In this document: in pieces, positions 19,360 to 28,869 of the stretch
Numbering within the stretch: position 1 is the stretch's first letter
Layout: each line of letters begins with the position of its first letter
Sequence record: NC_104726.1
Origin: a phage
Length of the DNA stretch: 64,000 nucleotides
Direction: 5' to 3' (one strand)
The notes under the pieces: model-generated
What the model saw: the letters and a program-made list of their open reading frames with translations, nothing else
The model's database searches: none
Told to the model about the DNA's origin: nothing
Position numbers and translations under genes: made by a program

Positions 19360-21105
19360 TTAACGTTGTGCAATTACTACGTCTACAATATCACCAACAC
19401 CACAATACGTTAATTGCAGCAAGGTAACACTGTTAGCCTTGTTGTTAATAACAGGTGTTGCCGACAGGATAGCATACTTATCGTGCAAAGTCACGTTGTG
19501 ACCTACAGCATCCTGAATGACATAGATAACTGCAGTGAATGGATAAGGTTTATCTTCCGCTGATGTCCCAGGCCACTGTCCTATTGTAAAATCCCCTTTC
19601 GCGTGGACAACATACATGCTGGCCTGCCCGTTAGGTGTCCATGTCCCACTGGACGCGTCAACCTCCTCTAAGTCAAAATCTACCTTTCCTGCGTGGAAAG
19701 TAGGGGCAGTAATGGTTTTACCCGCCTCAATTTCTTGAGAGGTGGTTATCTTACCACTGGAGTTAATGCCATTACAGACAAAGTTGACATTAGAGAAGTC
19801 TGGCAGCCACCCGGTCACTGTGCCGGATATTTCAAGGTTGTGAAGGTGGGTGGTGCCAGTCCCTGCGGCGTTTAAACTAACATCTCCATTTACCTGCAAG
19901 TTTCTGGTAATGTTGCAGTTTTCAGAGTTTGCAGTTGTTGCAGTTAAAGTGGTGGTGGTTAGCTCGGTAATTGTACCTTTATTGGCTGTAAGCCCTTCTC
20001 CTTCAAAAGTTGCACGCTCATTGACTCTTAGAGTATTCAGAGCTATATTTTGGATAGAGGCTGTACCTCGAATAACTACAGACCCGCCAACCTCCAAATC
20101 GCCATTTATCAATGCATCACCCGTGCTTTCAATATAGCTAGGGTAGATCATGGTGCCATCGACAGAGTATGTTATCCCTGTAACGGTACCTGTCACCTCA
20201 AGGTTCTTAACCCTGGTGGTCCCATCGACCTGCAATGTCGGTTCGGTTGCTGCCTTCATGGCATTACCACGAATGTACACGTAGTCAAAAAAGTTATTAC
20301 CCAGACCATCAAAATGCACATCGTTATTATTAGCCACTGGTTTCCCAGAAGTTATAGTGTCAGCTATAACCCTGTGGGTGGACACTTCATGAGGTTGCAG
20401 CTCTGTACTTCTCCAGTCTGCATGCTTAGGATCGCTCCACGCAAAAGTAAGTGTAGAAGTATTTGCCGTGAGGATTAGATTCCTAAAGCGTGCAGTAGAA
20501 TCTGCCCCATTAACAGGTCCATGTAAGGTAAGGGTGCCACCAACTATAGTGTTAGCGAGTTCTGTAAGACCTTTTACCACCAAAGACCCTACAGTAACTT
20601 TCATCCCCTCCATGGCTTTAAATATGCTATCAACATAGTCAACAACAAACTCTGTGTTTGCTATGGACTCTGACTTATCGTCCATTGGAGGTGTAGGTAC
20701 TCGTGGGTCACCTTCGAACCTCGGGCTGTTAAGTTTTGCGTAGTATTTTGCCATTACTGCAGAGTCGGTATATAATCTCCAGTTTGGAGATTGTGAAGGA
20801 TCTGCTGGCATTCTAACCGGGTTAGATTTTGATGCTGCGGGAGCGTACCACCACTGAGGGCCTGTGTCCCCTTTAAACTCGTACAGCTGGTTAAAAACTG
20901 TTGTGGATGCACCATACGCCCAAGGGATCGGTGGCGTTTTAAAATAAAGGTTGTCAAGCATGGCTTTTCGTACCGTAGGGATGGTGGTCCCATCCTCTAC
21001 GACAACTTCATCCACAGCGTTACCGTTGACAACCAAGTGCAAACGTTCAGAATCAACAATTACTTGATCTACCGCCTGCTCAAAGCTTGTCATGTCTTGC
21101 GCCAT
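19360..21105 (-). CDS. tail fibre / tailspike-like protein (581 aa)
   Basis: Position in the fibre cluster; Gly/Thr/Asn-rich beta-type sequence; assignment by context. Confidence 0.4.
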   Translation of the reverse strand: MAQDMTSFEQAVDQVIVDSERLHLVVNGNAVDEVVVEDGTTIPTVRKAMLDNLYFKTPPIPWAYGASTTVFNQLYEFKGDTGPQWWYAPAASKSNPVRMPADPSQSPNWRLYTDSAVMAKYYAKLNSPRFEGDPRVPTPPMDDKSESIANTEFVVDYVDSIFKAMEGMKVTVGSLVVKGLTELANTIVGGTLTLHGPVNGADSTARFRNLILTANTSTLTFAWSDPKHADWRSTELQPHEVSTHRVIADTITSGKPVANNNDVHFDGLGNNFFDYVYIRGNAMKAATEPTLQVDGTTRVKNLEVTGTVTGITYSVDGTMIYPSYIESTGDALINGDLEVGGSVVIRGTASIQNIALNTLRVNERATFEGEGLTANKGTITELTTTTLTATTANSENCNITRNLQVNGDVSLNAAGTGTTHLHNLEISGTVTGWLPDFSNVNFVCNGINSSGKITTSQEIEAGKTITAPTFHAGKVDFDLEEVDASSGTWTPNGQASMYVVHAKGDFTIGQWPGTSAEDKPYPFTAVIYVIQDAVGHNVTLHDKYAILSATPVINNKANSVTLLQLTYCGVGDIVDVVIAQR

Positions 21106-21114
21106 GATTTCTCC

Positions 21115-21381
21115 TTAAGCTTTTTGCTCTTCGTTTTTAACGTGGTCAGGGTGCTGGCAACCCCACCGGAGCGAGATGAATTTGCTAATAAGCTGGGGGC
21201 AAGCTACTGAAGGCGCGTATATCCACGCATACCATTCAGGAAGCGTATCATTATACCCCATATGAATAAACACCCCAGTCATCACCGCCATGCCTATGTT
21301 CGACCATAGCTTAGTTTGGGACACTTTCGTAGGGTCATCAGATGCCGCAACCAGTCCCCATAAAAACTGAGTTAGTTTCAT
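21115..21381 (-). CDS. small membrane protein, candidate holin (88 aa)
   Basis: Two predicted hydrophobic helices and a charged C-terminus (HPDHVKNEEQKA); ATG 21379-21381 with AGAGGG upstream. Confidence 0.3.
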   Translation of the reverse strand: MKLTQFLWGLVAASDDPTKVSQTKLWSNIGMAVMTGVFIHMGYNDTLPEWYAWIYAPSVACPQLISKFISLRWGCQHPDHVKNEEQKA

Positions 21382-21392
21382 TTACCCTCTTT

Positions 21393-22436
21393 TTAAGCAT
21401 AAGATATAGTGATCCATTGACCATTTACAAGTTTTTGGATAGCACCTGTCCAGTAATCACCTTGATAAGGGTGTTTATAAGCGTAGTTACCAGAGCACAT
21501 CACATGTCCAGGGTAGACTCTTGACTCTCTGTAGGTGGTTTTGAAACGGTTTGCTATCCTTACATCATCAACCCCTCTGCTGGGCATAGGGATAGTAAGG
21601 TTACCACTACTGTCTGCGCCGTTACCATTTACCCTGCGGACCACGTTTCTTCCACCAACTGTTGCATATTGACCCCTGACTGTTTCATCGTTACAATCAA
21701 CTCTTCCACCTATTTGAGCGCTTCCGCAGGATTGTTGTCCGTTAACAGTGGCTCTTGGTATCGTGACCGCATTGGCATTTGCAGAGGAACTTTTTGCATC
21801 GTTGCATTCAAGATTTCCTTGGATGGCCAGTCTTGCACGGTTGGCAGTTATAGCATTGAGCTTCATAGCCGAAAACACAGGCTGCCCACCAGAAGGTTGA
21901 AATCTCCAACGGAACCCGTCTATTTGGTGAGAAGGATCATCAAGGTCTGTGCCGTCAGCACCACCGATGTTGTCCATAATCCAGAAATCCATCGTCGTCT
22001 TGTCTGGAGTTATGGTGGTATATATTGCCGCATTGTCTGTTGACGCAGATGCAAACTCGATTCTTTGAAGACCTAAAGTTTGAGTCTGAGTCATTATGTC
22101 TCCAGACTTGTCAACATACAGATCGTCCATTTCTTCAGGCGAGTATACATTGAGAACTTGACGTGCAGCAGCTTTGTCTGGAACGTCTGCTAGATTATTA
22201 GTGACCCTTAAGAATCTATTATCCCATCCTGGGACAACATCTTCTGTTAGATGCTTTAACCACGCAGAAAGCATGTGAAGTTCAAAGTTAACAACTTCAC
22301 ATGCCACTCTTTGTGTCATATCCCAACCTTTCAATCTCTCTTCTTTTTTTGGTTGAGACTTATTCAACTCTCCCGTATTTTCAAGCACAACATCCTGATT
22401 GGCCCAAATATCAAGAGGGATAACTGGTTTAGTCAT
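21393..22436 (-). CDS. tail fibre protein, paralog A (347 aa)
   Basis: Homologous N- and C-termini with gene 23451-24491; C-terminal IQKLVNGQWIT resembles the C-terminus of P2 H-type fibres. Confidence 0.6.
   Translation of the reverse strand: MTKPVIPLDIWANQDVVLENTGELNKSQPKKEERLKGWDMTQRVACEVVNFELHMLSAWLKHLTEDVVPGWDNRFLRVTNNLADVPDKAAARQVLNVYSPEEMDDLYVDKSGDIMTQTQTLGLQRIEFASASTDNAAIYTTITPDKTTMDFWIMDNIGGADGTDLDDPSHQIDGFRWRFQPSGGQPVFSAMKLNAITANRARLAIQGNLECNDAKSSSANANAVTIPRATVNGQQSCGSAQIGGRVDCNDETVRGQYATVGGRNVVRRVNGNGADSSGNLTIPMPSRGVDDVRIANRFKTTYRESRVYPGHVMCSGNYAYKHPYQGDYWTGAIQKLVNGQWITISYA
21408..21437. repeat. 30-nt exact repeat copy 1 (3' end of fibre gene A)
   Basis: AGTGATCCATTGACCATTTACAAGTTTTTG, identical to 23466-23495. 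Confidence 0.8.
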
Positions 22437-22525
22437 CGCGTTCTCCTGAGAAAATTCCTTAGGACTATTTTAACACTTTAGAGAACAAAATGCAAGAACG
22501 GAGTCCTTTCCGTTCTGACCTTTGT

Positions 22526-22840
22526 TTACCTTTTACTATGCTCTACGAGCATGTGCAAAATCTTTTGTACATCAGCTCGGATACCGGAGACATCTGTCCT
22601 GACATCCTGCTTAAGGTCGTTAATATCGGCCTCTAGCTTGCTTAACCGGGTCTCGATAACGGAATCAAGTTTATCTTTTGTAACCATACTGTTTTTCACT
22701 AAGATGAGGTCTTTCTCCAGTTCATCCAACCTCTTGGAAATGCCTTTCCATTTGGTGTGCCACTGGTTGAAAGCCCATACACAGATCGGGACAACGGTAC
22801 CCATGCAGATACCGTACAATGCCGCCAAATCCAACTCCAC
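22526..22840 (-). CDS. membrane-anchored coiled-coil protein (104 aa)
   Basis: GTG start with AGGAGG upstream; N-terminal hydrophobic helix then charged heptad-like region. Confidence 0.35.
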   Translation of the reverse strand: MELDLAALYGICMGTVVPICVWAFNQWHTKWKGISKRLDELEKDLILVKNSMVTKDKLDSVIETRLSKLEADINDLKQDVRTDVSGIRADVQKILHMLVEHSKR

Positions 22841-22851
22841 AACACCTCCTC

Positions 22852-23436
22852 TTAGAGGGTAGGTCGCTCCGGGAAGAAAATGTCAGGGGCTTTAGATGTA
22901 TCTATTTCAAGAAGTTTTACCCTGTACATTTTCAAATCTCTGATGTTACGTTTCTGGTCATCAGTAAGATCATATTCAAGGTCAATCATGTCTTGATAGG
23001 CACCAATTCTAGCAGTAGCCCAAGCAAGTTCTGTCTCTATGACACCCTCTGCCTGTTGAACAAAGAATTCATTATCTGTGACAAATTCATCACCAACTAA
23101 ACGCAAAGCGTCGTGGTGAAGCATAATGTTTTCTGGTACCTCTTCTTTTTTGGCGATAACCACACGAAGACCTGGAGCAGGCCATAAGGCATCAGGTTCT
23201 TCTGTAGATGTCTTAAGAATTCCCTTCTCGTCAACAAGTAGGAAGATACAACCCGGATTTTCTTGTCGTAATGTTCGTGACTGCACATACCAATCGCCAT
23301 CATCATTACGTAAAAAATACCCAGTGTATGCGGTGTAATCCTCAACCTCTTGAGGGGTCAGCTCCTTGGTTTCCTTGTTGGAGTGGTATTCGCCAGATCC
23401 CGGTTGGTAAAGTTTAAACTCTTGAAGTATTTTCAT
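22852..23436 (-). CDS. tfa: tail fibre assembly chaperone (lambda Tfa / P2 G-like)
   Basis: C-terminus KMYRVKLLEIDTSKAPDIFFPERP closely matches the lambda Tfa C-terminal motif; sits immediately downstream of a fibre gene. Confidence 0.7.
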   Translation of the reverse strand: MKILQEFKLYQPGSGEYHSNKETKELTPQEVEDYTAYTGYFLRNDDGDWYVQSRTLRQENPGCIFLLVDEKGILKTSTEEPDALWPAPGLRVVIAKKEEVPENIMLHHDALRLVGDEFVTDNEFFVQQAEGVIETELAWATARIGAYQDMIDLEYDLTDDQKRNIRDLKMYRVKLLEIDTSKAPDIFFPERPTL

Positions 23437-23450
23437 GCTAGTCCTCCGAT

Positions 23451-24491
23451 CTATGCATAATTAACAGTGATCCATTGACCATTTACAAGTTTTTGTAAAG
23501 GTCCTGCCCAGTAGGTTGAACCACGCATCTCTTTTTTGTCACCGAAATGCCAGCCTGTGACAACGTAGCCGTTGCGGATTGGAGATTCAGAAACTCCGTC
23601 AACAAGTCTTGCACCGATTCTGATGTCTTGCACACCTGTCTGCGGGATAGTGATTGTTACATCACCGTTACCGTTAGCCGTCACTCCATTCACAGAGCGC
23701 ACCACATTTCTGTTACCGACAACACAGTGCTGACTTCTTACAACCATACTGTCACAACTTGCACCGCCATTAACATACACTGACCCAGTCGTCAACTGAC
23801 TAGCCACATTACAGTTGGTGAATGTTGCTGTATTGCTGATAGTAAGGTTATTGCACCTCATGTTATCGACAACTTCAACATTGCCTACCACTTTCAACAG
23901 CGCACGGTTAGCCGTGATCGCGTTAAGGTACATCAAAGTGAACTCTGGATTAATATCCGGCTGAGTTGGCTGGAATCTCCAACGAAACGCATCTACCGTA
24001 GATGTACCACCATCATCAAACGACCCAGTATTATCACTTAACCCAAAGTCGAGAGTTGTCTTATCTGGGCCAATAGTTGTCTCTATCCAAGCCTTATCTG
24101 TCTCGGCAGCTTTAAAGTTGATACGCTGCAAACCCAATGGGCCTGTCATTGTATCACCTGTAACTTTTACATACCTGGCGTCTGCCTCTTCCTTAGTAAT
24201 AATCCCAAGGTTTCTACGGGCAACAGGAATGTTCAAAAGATCACTCAAGTTATTATCACGTACCAGATAACGGCCTTCTTGAGCGGGGATCTGCTCGTCA
24301 GCGATGTATTTTGCCCAAGTCCCGAGCATATTGAAAATATAGTTAAGTTCTTCACATGAGGGCTTTTGACCAAGATCCCAACCTTTTCTCCACAAATCAT
24401 CAATCGGGCGTAGCCTGTTCTGTCTGTGGGTGTTAGGCAGAACCTGATCCTCCTCTGCCCAAATCTCTAATGGAAAACTAGGTTTTGACAT
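23451..24491 (-). CDS. tail fibre protein, paralog B (346 aa)
   Basis: N-terminus PLEIWAEEDQVLPNT and C-terminus QKLVNGQWITVNYA parallel paralog A; central region divergent. Confidence 0.6.
   Translation of the reverse strand: MSKPSFPLEIWAEEDQVLPNTHRQNRLRPIDDLWRKGWDLGQKPSCEELNYIFNMLGTWAKYIADEQIPAQEGRYLVRDNNLSDLLNIPVARRNLGIITKEEADARYVKVTGDTMTGPLGLQRINFKAAETDKAWIETTIGPDKTTLDFGLSDNTGSFDDGGTSTVDAFRWRFQPTQPDINPEFTLMYLNAITANRALLKVVGNVEVVDNMRCNNLTISNTATFTNCNVASQLTTGSVYVNGGASCDSMVVRSQHCVVGNRNVVRSVNGVTANGNGDVTITIPQTGVQDIRIGARLVDGVSESPIRNGYVVTGWHFGDKKEMRGSTYWAGPLQKLVNGQWITVNYA
23466..23495. repeat. 30-nt exact repeat copy 2 (3' end of fibre gene B)
   Basis: Identical to 21408-21437. Confidence 0.8.
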
Positions 24492-24503
24492 TTTATCTCC
24501 TGA

Positions 24504-26576
24504 TTATGAGAAGTCTGGCGGGACAACATCTTCTACATACCCTTTCAGAGCAACCTGCCCCATATGAAGCACGGTAGAATCTCTAGCGGTAACAGTGATG
24601 CTGTCAGACATTACTTGCGGGTATGCCCACACATACTGTTTTACCTCAGGGTATCTATACTCTATAGTTGCCATGTTTCCGCAAATACATCTCCATAAAA
24701 ATTCTTGGTAATTCCTGGTTGGGTCGTAACCATATACCGGAGCAAGCTCTTTACTAGGAACGAACCCTGCAAGGTATTGTATTTCAGACGGTTGCCAACC
24801 TAACTTAACGATAGGTATGTTTACAGACTCTTTTGCCTTTTCAATACCTCCCTGCATCACCCAATCGTAGCACTCAGTGCAGAAGAAATCAAGAGCACCT
24901 GCTTCTTTTTTATATTGGTCAGCAAGGTTCAGCTTTTGCGTAAGCTCGGTTTCCATAATGGTTGGGAAAAACAGCAGAGCTGTCATCTGAGCTGATGCAG
25001 CGTGTGCCTTTATTGCCTTTGAAATAGCCGCAATACGAGCGCCAAGCTTACCACGACAAAATGCTACATACTTGTCGTAAACACCGCCAGTTTTAGGATC
25101 GTCAATAGTCCCAATATCTAATGCATACTCACCTGTCTCATCATAAAACGCCTGTTTTGTAGGGTAATCATAAATACAAGGTCTACGAGTATCGGTATTG
25201 AACCACCACCACGGTTCACCAACCTGCATAATCACTGGCAGGTTGTTTCTCATAGCGGCTGATGCAAAATTCTTAAATACTGCAGTAAGGAAATTCATGC
25301 CCTCTTCAATGGTTGGAGACAGGAGGTAGCTACAAGGTGTATACCCTGTTTTAGCGTAGTTATCGTTCCAGTCTCTTTGGGTCCATTCCAACGGGCAGGC
25401 ATCGCTGTAAAGCTCAAAACTTACAGACTGCATAACGTCGAAGTTATGTCGTTTGGCATTGTACATAAAATCATCATGCCATTTATAAGCTGCAGCGTTT
25501 AGCGCCCCTGTTCTGTTTATAGACCATTGGGTTCCTGACCATGTGTAGTCATAATAATGACTCATACCAACATAGTGGTTTATGGTTCCGGTATAGCCCA
25601 GACGCTTGATATTGTTCAACACTCTTAAAGGAGATACGTTCCACATATCGTCATATGCGGTGCAGATCCCGACGTCGTGCTCTTTAACCTGAATATTGTT
25701 AAGTTGCATCATTTTCCAGCCCGTGTCTGGCTGAAGCAGATCTAGGCGCAACTCACACTCTACATTTTCCGTTCTCGGGTCTGTGCTATTACTTACCCAG
25801 TCTTTAGGCATAAGCGGTATTAAAATCCTTCTCACCTGCCGAGGATCAACACCCATCATGTTGTTGTTCTGATCCATCCCGACGCAGTCCTCGAAATCAA
25901 TATGAATCTCTGCAACATTCTTATCCTCTGAGATGCTGACAGCATATTGAGCTAAAGGAACATAGATGATTGTGCCATCAACAAGGTCTACAGTCATAAT
26001 CATCTTTTCAGGAGTGGAGAAGTTGCTGGCATTGGTTATTGACATTCTGAACCAAAGCTTGGTGTTTCTCATCTCATAGTGATCATCAAACCCAATACCG
26101 AAATGGTCATACTTGTCAACTGTTTCCCAAATGCACCCAGCCATACCTCCATATGTTCTTGACACTAAACGGTTAATACAACAGTTGTCGTCTGCAACAA
26201 TACAGGTACTTTCAGTCTGCTGAGTGGTTGTAACCCAATACCTTGGGTGAAACATTCTCTCCTCAACAGTATCCCAAGATATCCTGTCAAGATTCTCATC
26301 TGAAACTATTGTACATTTCGCCCTTTGTGTTCCAATCATCACCCCTTGAGATTTTGATGAAAACTCCATAAAGAAGCTTCTTGGCAACCTGTTGGGTAAT
26401 TTGTCAACAATTTCTACGGGGATCTCAATACTGGTTGCCCCAATTGGGATAGTTACATCGCCCTCAACATGATTATAATCCCTACCAGGAACGGCAGTAT
26501 CCTGAACTGTTCGGTAGTGAAACTGTGCAGCCATTGTAGAGTAATCACGGTAAGGTTTAAAAACAGCTGTTGCCAT
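24504..26576 (-). CDS. tail fibre / baseplate-attached protein (690 aa)
   Basis: Follows the J-like and I-like baseplate genes in P2-like order; N-terminal Calx-beta-like segment. Confidence 0.4.
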   Translation of the reverse strand: MATAVFKPYRDYSTMAAQFHYRTVQDTAVPGRDYNHVEGDVTIPIGATSIEIPVEIVDKLPNRLPRSFFMEFSSKSQGVMIGTQRAKCTIVSDENLDRISWDTVEERMFHPRYWVTTTQQTESTCIVADDNCCINRLVSRTYGGMAGCIWETVDKYDHFGIGFDDHYEMRNTKLWFRMSITNASNFSTPEKMIMTVDLVDGTIIYVPLAQYAVSISEDKNVAEIHIDFEDCVGMDQNNNMMGVDPRQVRRILIPLMPKDWVSNSTDPRTENVECELRLDLLQPDTGWKMMQLNNIQVKEHDVGICTAYDDMWNVSPLRVLNNIKRLGYTGTINHYVGMSHYYDYTWSGTQWSINRTGALNAAAYKWHDDFMYNAKRHNFDVMQSVSFELYSDACPLEWTQRDWNDNYAKTGYTPCSYLLSPTIEEGMNFLTAVFKNFASAAMRNNLPVIMQVGEPWWWFNTDTRRPCIYDYPTKQAFYDETGEYALDIGTIDDPKTGGVYDKYVAFCRGKLGARIAAISKAIKAHAASAQMTALLFFPTIMETELTQKLNLADQYKKEAGALDFFCTECYDWVMQGGIEKAKESVNIPIVKLGWQPSEIQYLAGFVPSKELAPVYGYDPTRNYQEFLWRCICGNMATIEYRYPEVKQYVWAYPQVMSDSITVTARDSTVLHMGQVALKGYVEDVVPPDFS

Positions 26577-27262
26577 TAACCCTCCTGTCTAGTTGCGTTT
26601 ACTGTAATACTTTCACAATAAATGGTTGTGGTGTCCCAATCAGGTCTTACGTCAGGAACATATAGCAAAGTAGCCAGCCCACCAACTCCGAATTGGTTTT
26701 CTTCCCACACTGATCCGAAGCCAAGAGCTGTAGAGTCCCCTTCAAAACCAAAAGCTTGCCCTTGCGATTCTGTAAGACGCAAATGACAAGGCAATGGTAG
26801 CATATCTAAGATCTGATCGATAGACTGCAATATGTCAAAGCAAGTTTTTCTAATATTTATGTCAAACCTGAAGTTGTCTCCTTTCCACGTATCGAAATTG
26901 TCTCTTCCGAACAATTGTCGCAAGGTGGAGATGACATCTTCGCGAGTCCCGCCCCTTGATGCTGCGGCCTGCTGAATAATTAGTGTGGCACGAAAATCAG
27001 CATCTGAAAGTCCATTCCTAAGAATACCAAGTTGATTACCAACTTCGTCAAGGTATCTTCCGCTGGCATTGTTAAGCAATCTTCCTTCAGCCAAACCTAC
27101 CAGCATCTTATCAACATCCTCCAACCTTTTAAGGTATACGGTTAAGAATGTGACTAAATTAACCTTCTCAGCCAGAAAATCTCCAGGCAGGTAGTCAAGA
27201 CCTCCCTGAACAAAATCTGGCAGAGTGTGGATGTGGTTAACATCCGACTTAATCTCTGCCAT
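26576..27262 (-). CDS. baseplate/tail protein I-like (XkdU/DUF2313-like)
   Basis: Motif RYLDEVGNQLGILRNGLSDADFR and position immediately after the baseplate J-like gene. Confidence 0.5.
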   Translation of the reverse strand: MAEIKSDVNHIHTLPDFVQGGLDYLPGDFLAEKVNLVTFLTVYLKRLEDVDKMLVGLAEGRLLNNASGRYLDEVGNQLGILRNGLSDADFRATLIIQQAAASRGGTREDVISTLRQLFGRDNFDTWKGDNFRFDINIRKTCFDILQSIDQILDMLPLPCHLRLTESQGQAFGFEGDSTALGFGSVWEENQFGVGGLATLLYVPDVRPDWDTTTIYCESITVNATRQEG

Positions 27263-27273
27263 ATCTCGCCGCC

Positions 27274-28764
27274 TTAAATAGTTTGTTGGAAAGTTATATT
27301 ACTTTCGTCGAGGTCAAACACCTCGGTCATGTTCGCAACAATATCGTTTGTAGTGTAAGCTTCATCAGAAGCTCCTACGGATTTAACTTGAATTACCAGT
27401 CTATTAAATCTGCCTATTGACACAGCAGCGGATGCAGCACCGACCAATTGGATATTGTATAACGTATCTGCAACATCCAGTCCGTTAACAACCTGCAAAA
27501 GAGCCTCTATAATGGCATCTTTTTCGGTTGTAGAAAGCGCAGCACCGGAGTAGGTAATTCTTACATCTAGGCGGTAGGTGTTTGCCTTGGAGTAATAAAT
27601 TCTTTCAGTTTGACCGTCAGATGTAGTGACATCGTAGAAAATATTACCATAAGTCCTGTTCGTACAGGCTATAGTTTGGTAAAGTGCTTGGCAAATGTCC
27701 TCCGTTGCACCACCAAACACAACCACTTGGAACTTGTAAGGAGGTATACCTTTAGCATCAGTTTTATCGGTGTTGTTGGAGAACACCCTCACTTTCTCAA
27801 CACCTTTCACCTCGCTTACAGCGCTAAGGATTGCAGGACGGGTAGCCTTAGATGTTAACTGTTTTGTGCTGGAAGCTCTTAAGCGATACTCTGAGTCTTT
27901 CTCAACATCCCTGCCCTCATTGAATCTTTCTCGGTTGGTAAGCTTGATAAATCCACTGGGAGTAGGTGACATTGTTGTCACGGTTTCTGCCTCTCTTGAC
28001 AGCTCACCAGCCTCGTTAGCGATAACATCCAGGGTGATAGTTCTTTCCCCTACAATCGGGGATACTCTGAAATCTACTCTACTATTAAGTCCAACTTGAT
28101 CAAGATTCGAATTGTACCCTATCCACAACGTTCCTGTCAACATATCGACCTGAATCAAATCGTCGTTCAACAGGGTTGTATTATCGACAATGAATTGCTT
28201 AATCTCTCCGTAAAAGCTTGGCAAATCAGAAGAGTCCAGAGACTTATCTGTTAAAACCAGACTTTTTGTTTTGATACTTCCATCTGTCTGGTTGGTAATT
28301 TGAAAGTTGTATTTACCAATCCTTAGGTCTGGAGCATTTATTCTGTGAGCAATAAGATTCCCTGCTACTTGCACATCGTTGCTAAGAACAAAGTTGCCAC
28401 TGTCCAGCGTATAAGTTTTGGAATCATAAATCATATTGTACGGCACAGTTGTGTTGATTGTCAACTGGCAGGTACCTGATGATTTAGAACGGCCTCTTCG
28501 GTAAATACCCTGTCTTCCAAGAAGCTCATCCAGGTAAATACCTTCTGCCCCATACAGCGTCTGTGATGCGTATACAGATGCTGCCATAAGAATAAGTTGA
28601 TACTCTCGCTCGTTGAAGATAGTGGTCAGCTTATCTGCAACGGAGTTACTCTGTACGTTGAAGTTTTCGCCAAAAGCACGGATCAGGCTTTGCTTAGTTT
28701 CAACGATTAGGTCATTTAGGGTTGGTATAACGAAACCAGCCTCTGTCAATCCATACTTAGCCAC
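27274..28764 (-). CDS. baseplate J-like protein (P2 J / Mu gp47 / T4 gp6 family)
   Basis: N-terminal signature incl. AEGIYLDELLGRQGIYRRG; GTG start with GGAGGAG upstream. Confidence 0.65.
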   Translation of the reverse strand: MAKYGLTEAGFVIPTLNDLIVETKQSLIRAFGENFNVQSNSVADKLTTIFNEREYQLILMAASVYASQTLYGAEGIYLDELLGRQGIYRRGRSKSSGTCQLTINTTVPYNMIYDSKTYTLDSGNFVLSNDVQVAGNLIAHRINAPDLRIGKYNFQITNQTDGSIKTKSLVLTDKSLDSSDLPSFYGEIKQFIVDNTTLLNDDLIQVDMLTGTLWIGYNSNLDQVGLNSRVDFRVSPIVGERTITLDVIANEAGELSREAETVTTMSPTPSGFIKLTNRERFNEGRDVEKDSEYRLRASSTKQLTSKATRPAILSAVSEVKGVEKVRVFSNNTDKTDAKGIPPYKFQVVVFGGATEDICQALYQTIACTNRTYGNIFYDVTTSDGQTERIYYSKANTYRLDVRITYSGAALSTTEKDAIIEALLQVVNGLDVADTLYNIQLVGAASAAVSIGRFNRLVIQVKSVGASDEAYTTNDIVANMTEVFDLDESNITFQQTI

Positions 28765-28844
28765 GTCACTCCTCCGGTATGAAAATCTCTACAAGGTATT
28801 TTACCAAATTTTGTAACAATAGTCAATCTGAGCATAAAAATAAA

Positions 28845-28860
28845 CCCCGCCGAAGCGGGG
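28845..28860 (-). terminator. hairpin CCCCGC-CGAA-GCGGGG with T-run on minus strand
   Basis: Just downstream of the stop of gene 28870-32469; minus strand continues TTTATTTTTAT. Confidence 0.5.
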
Positions 28861-28869
28861 CTTTAAAGG

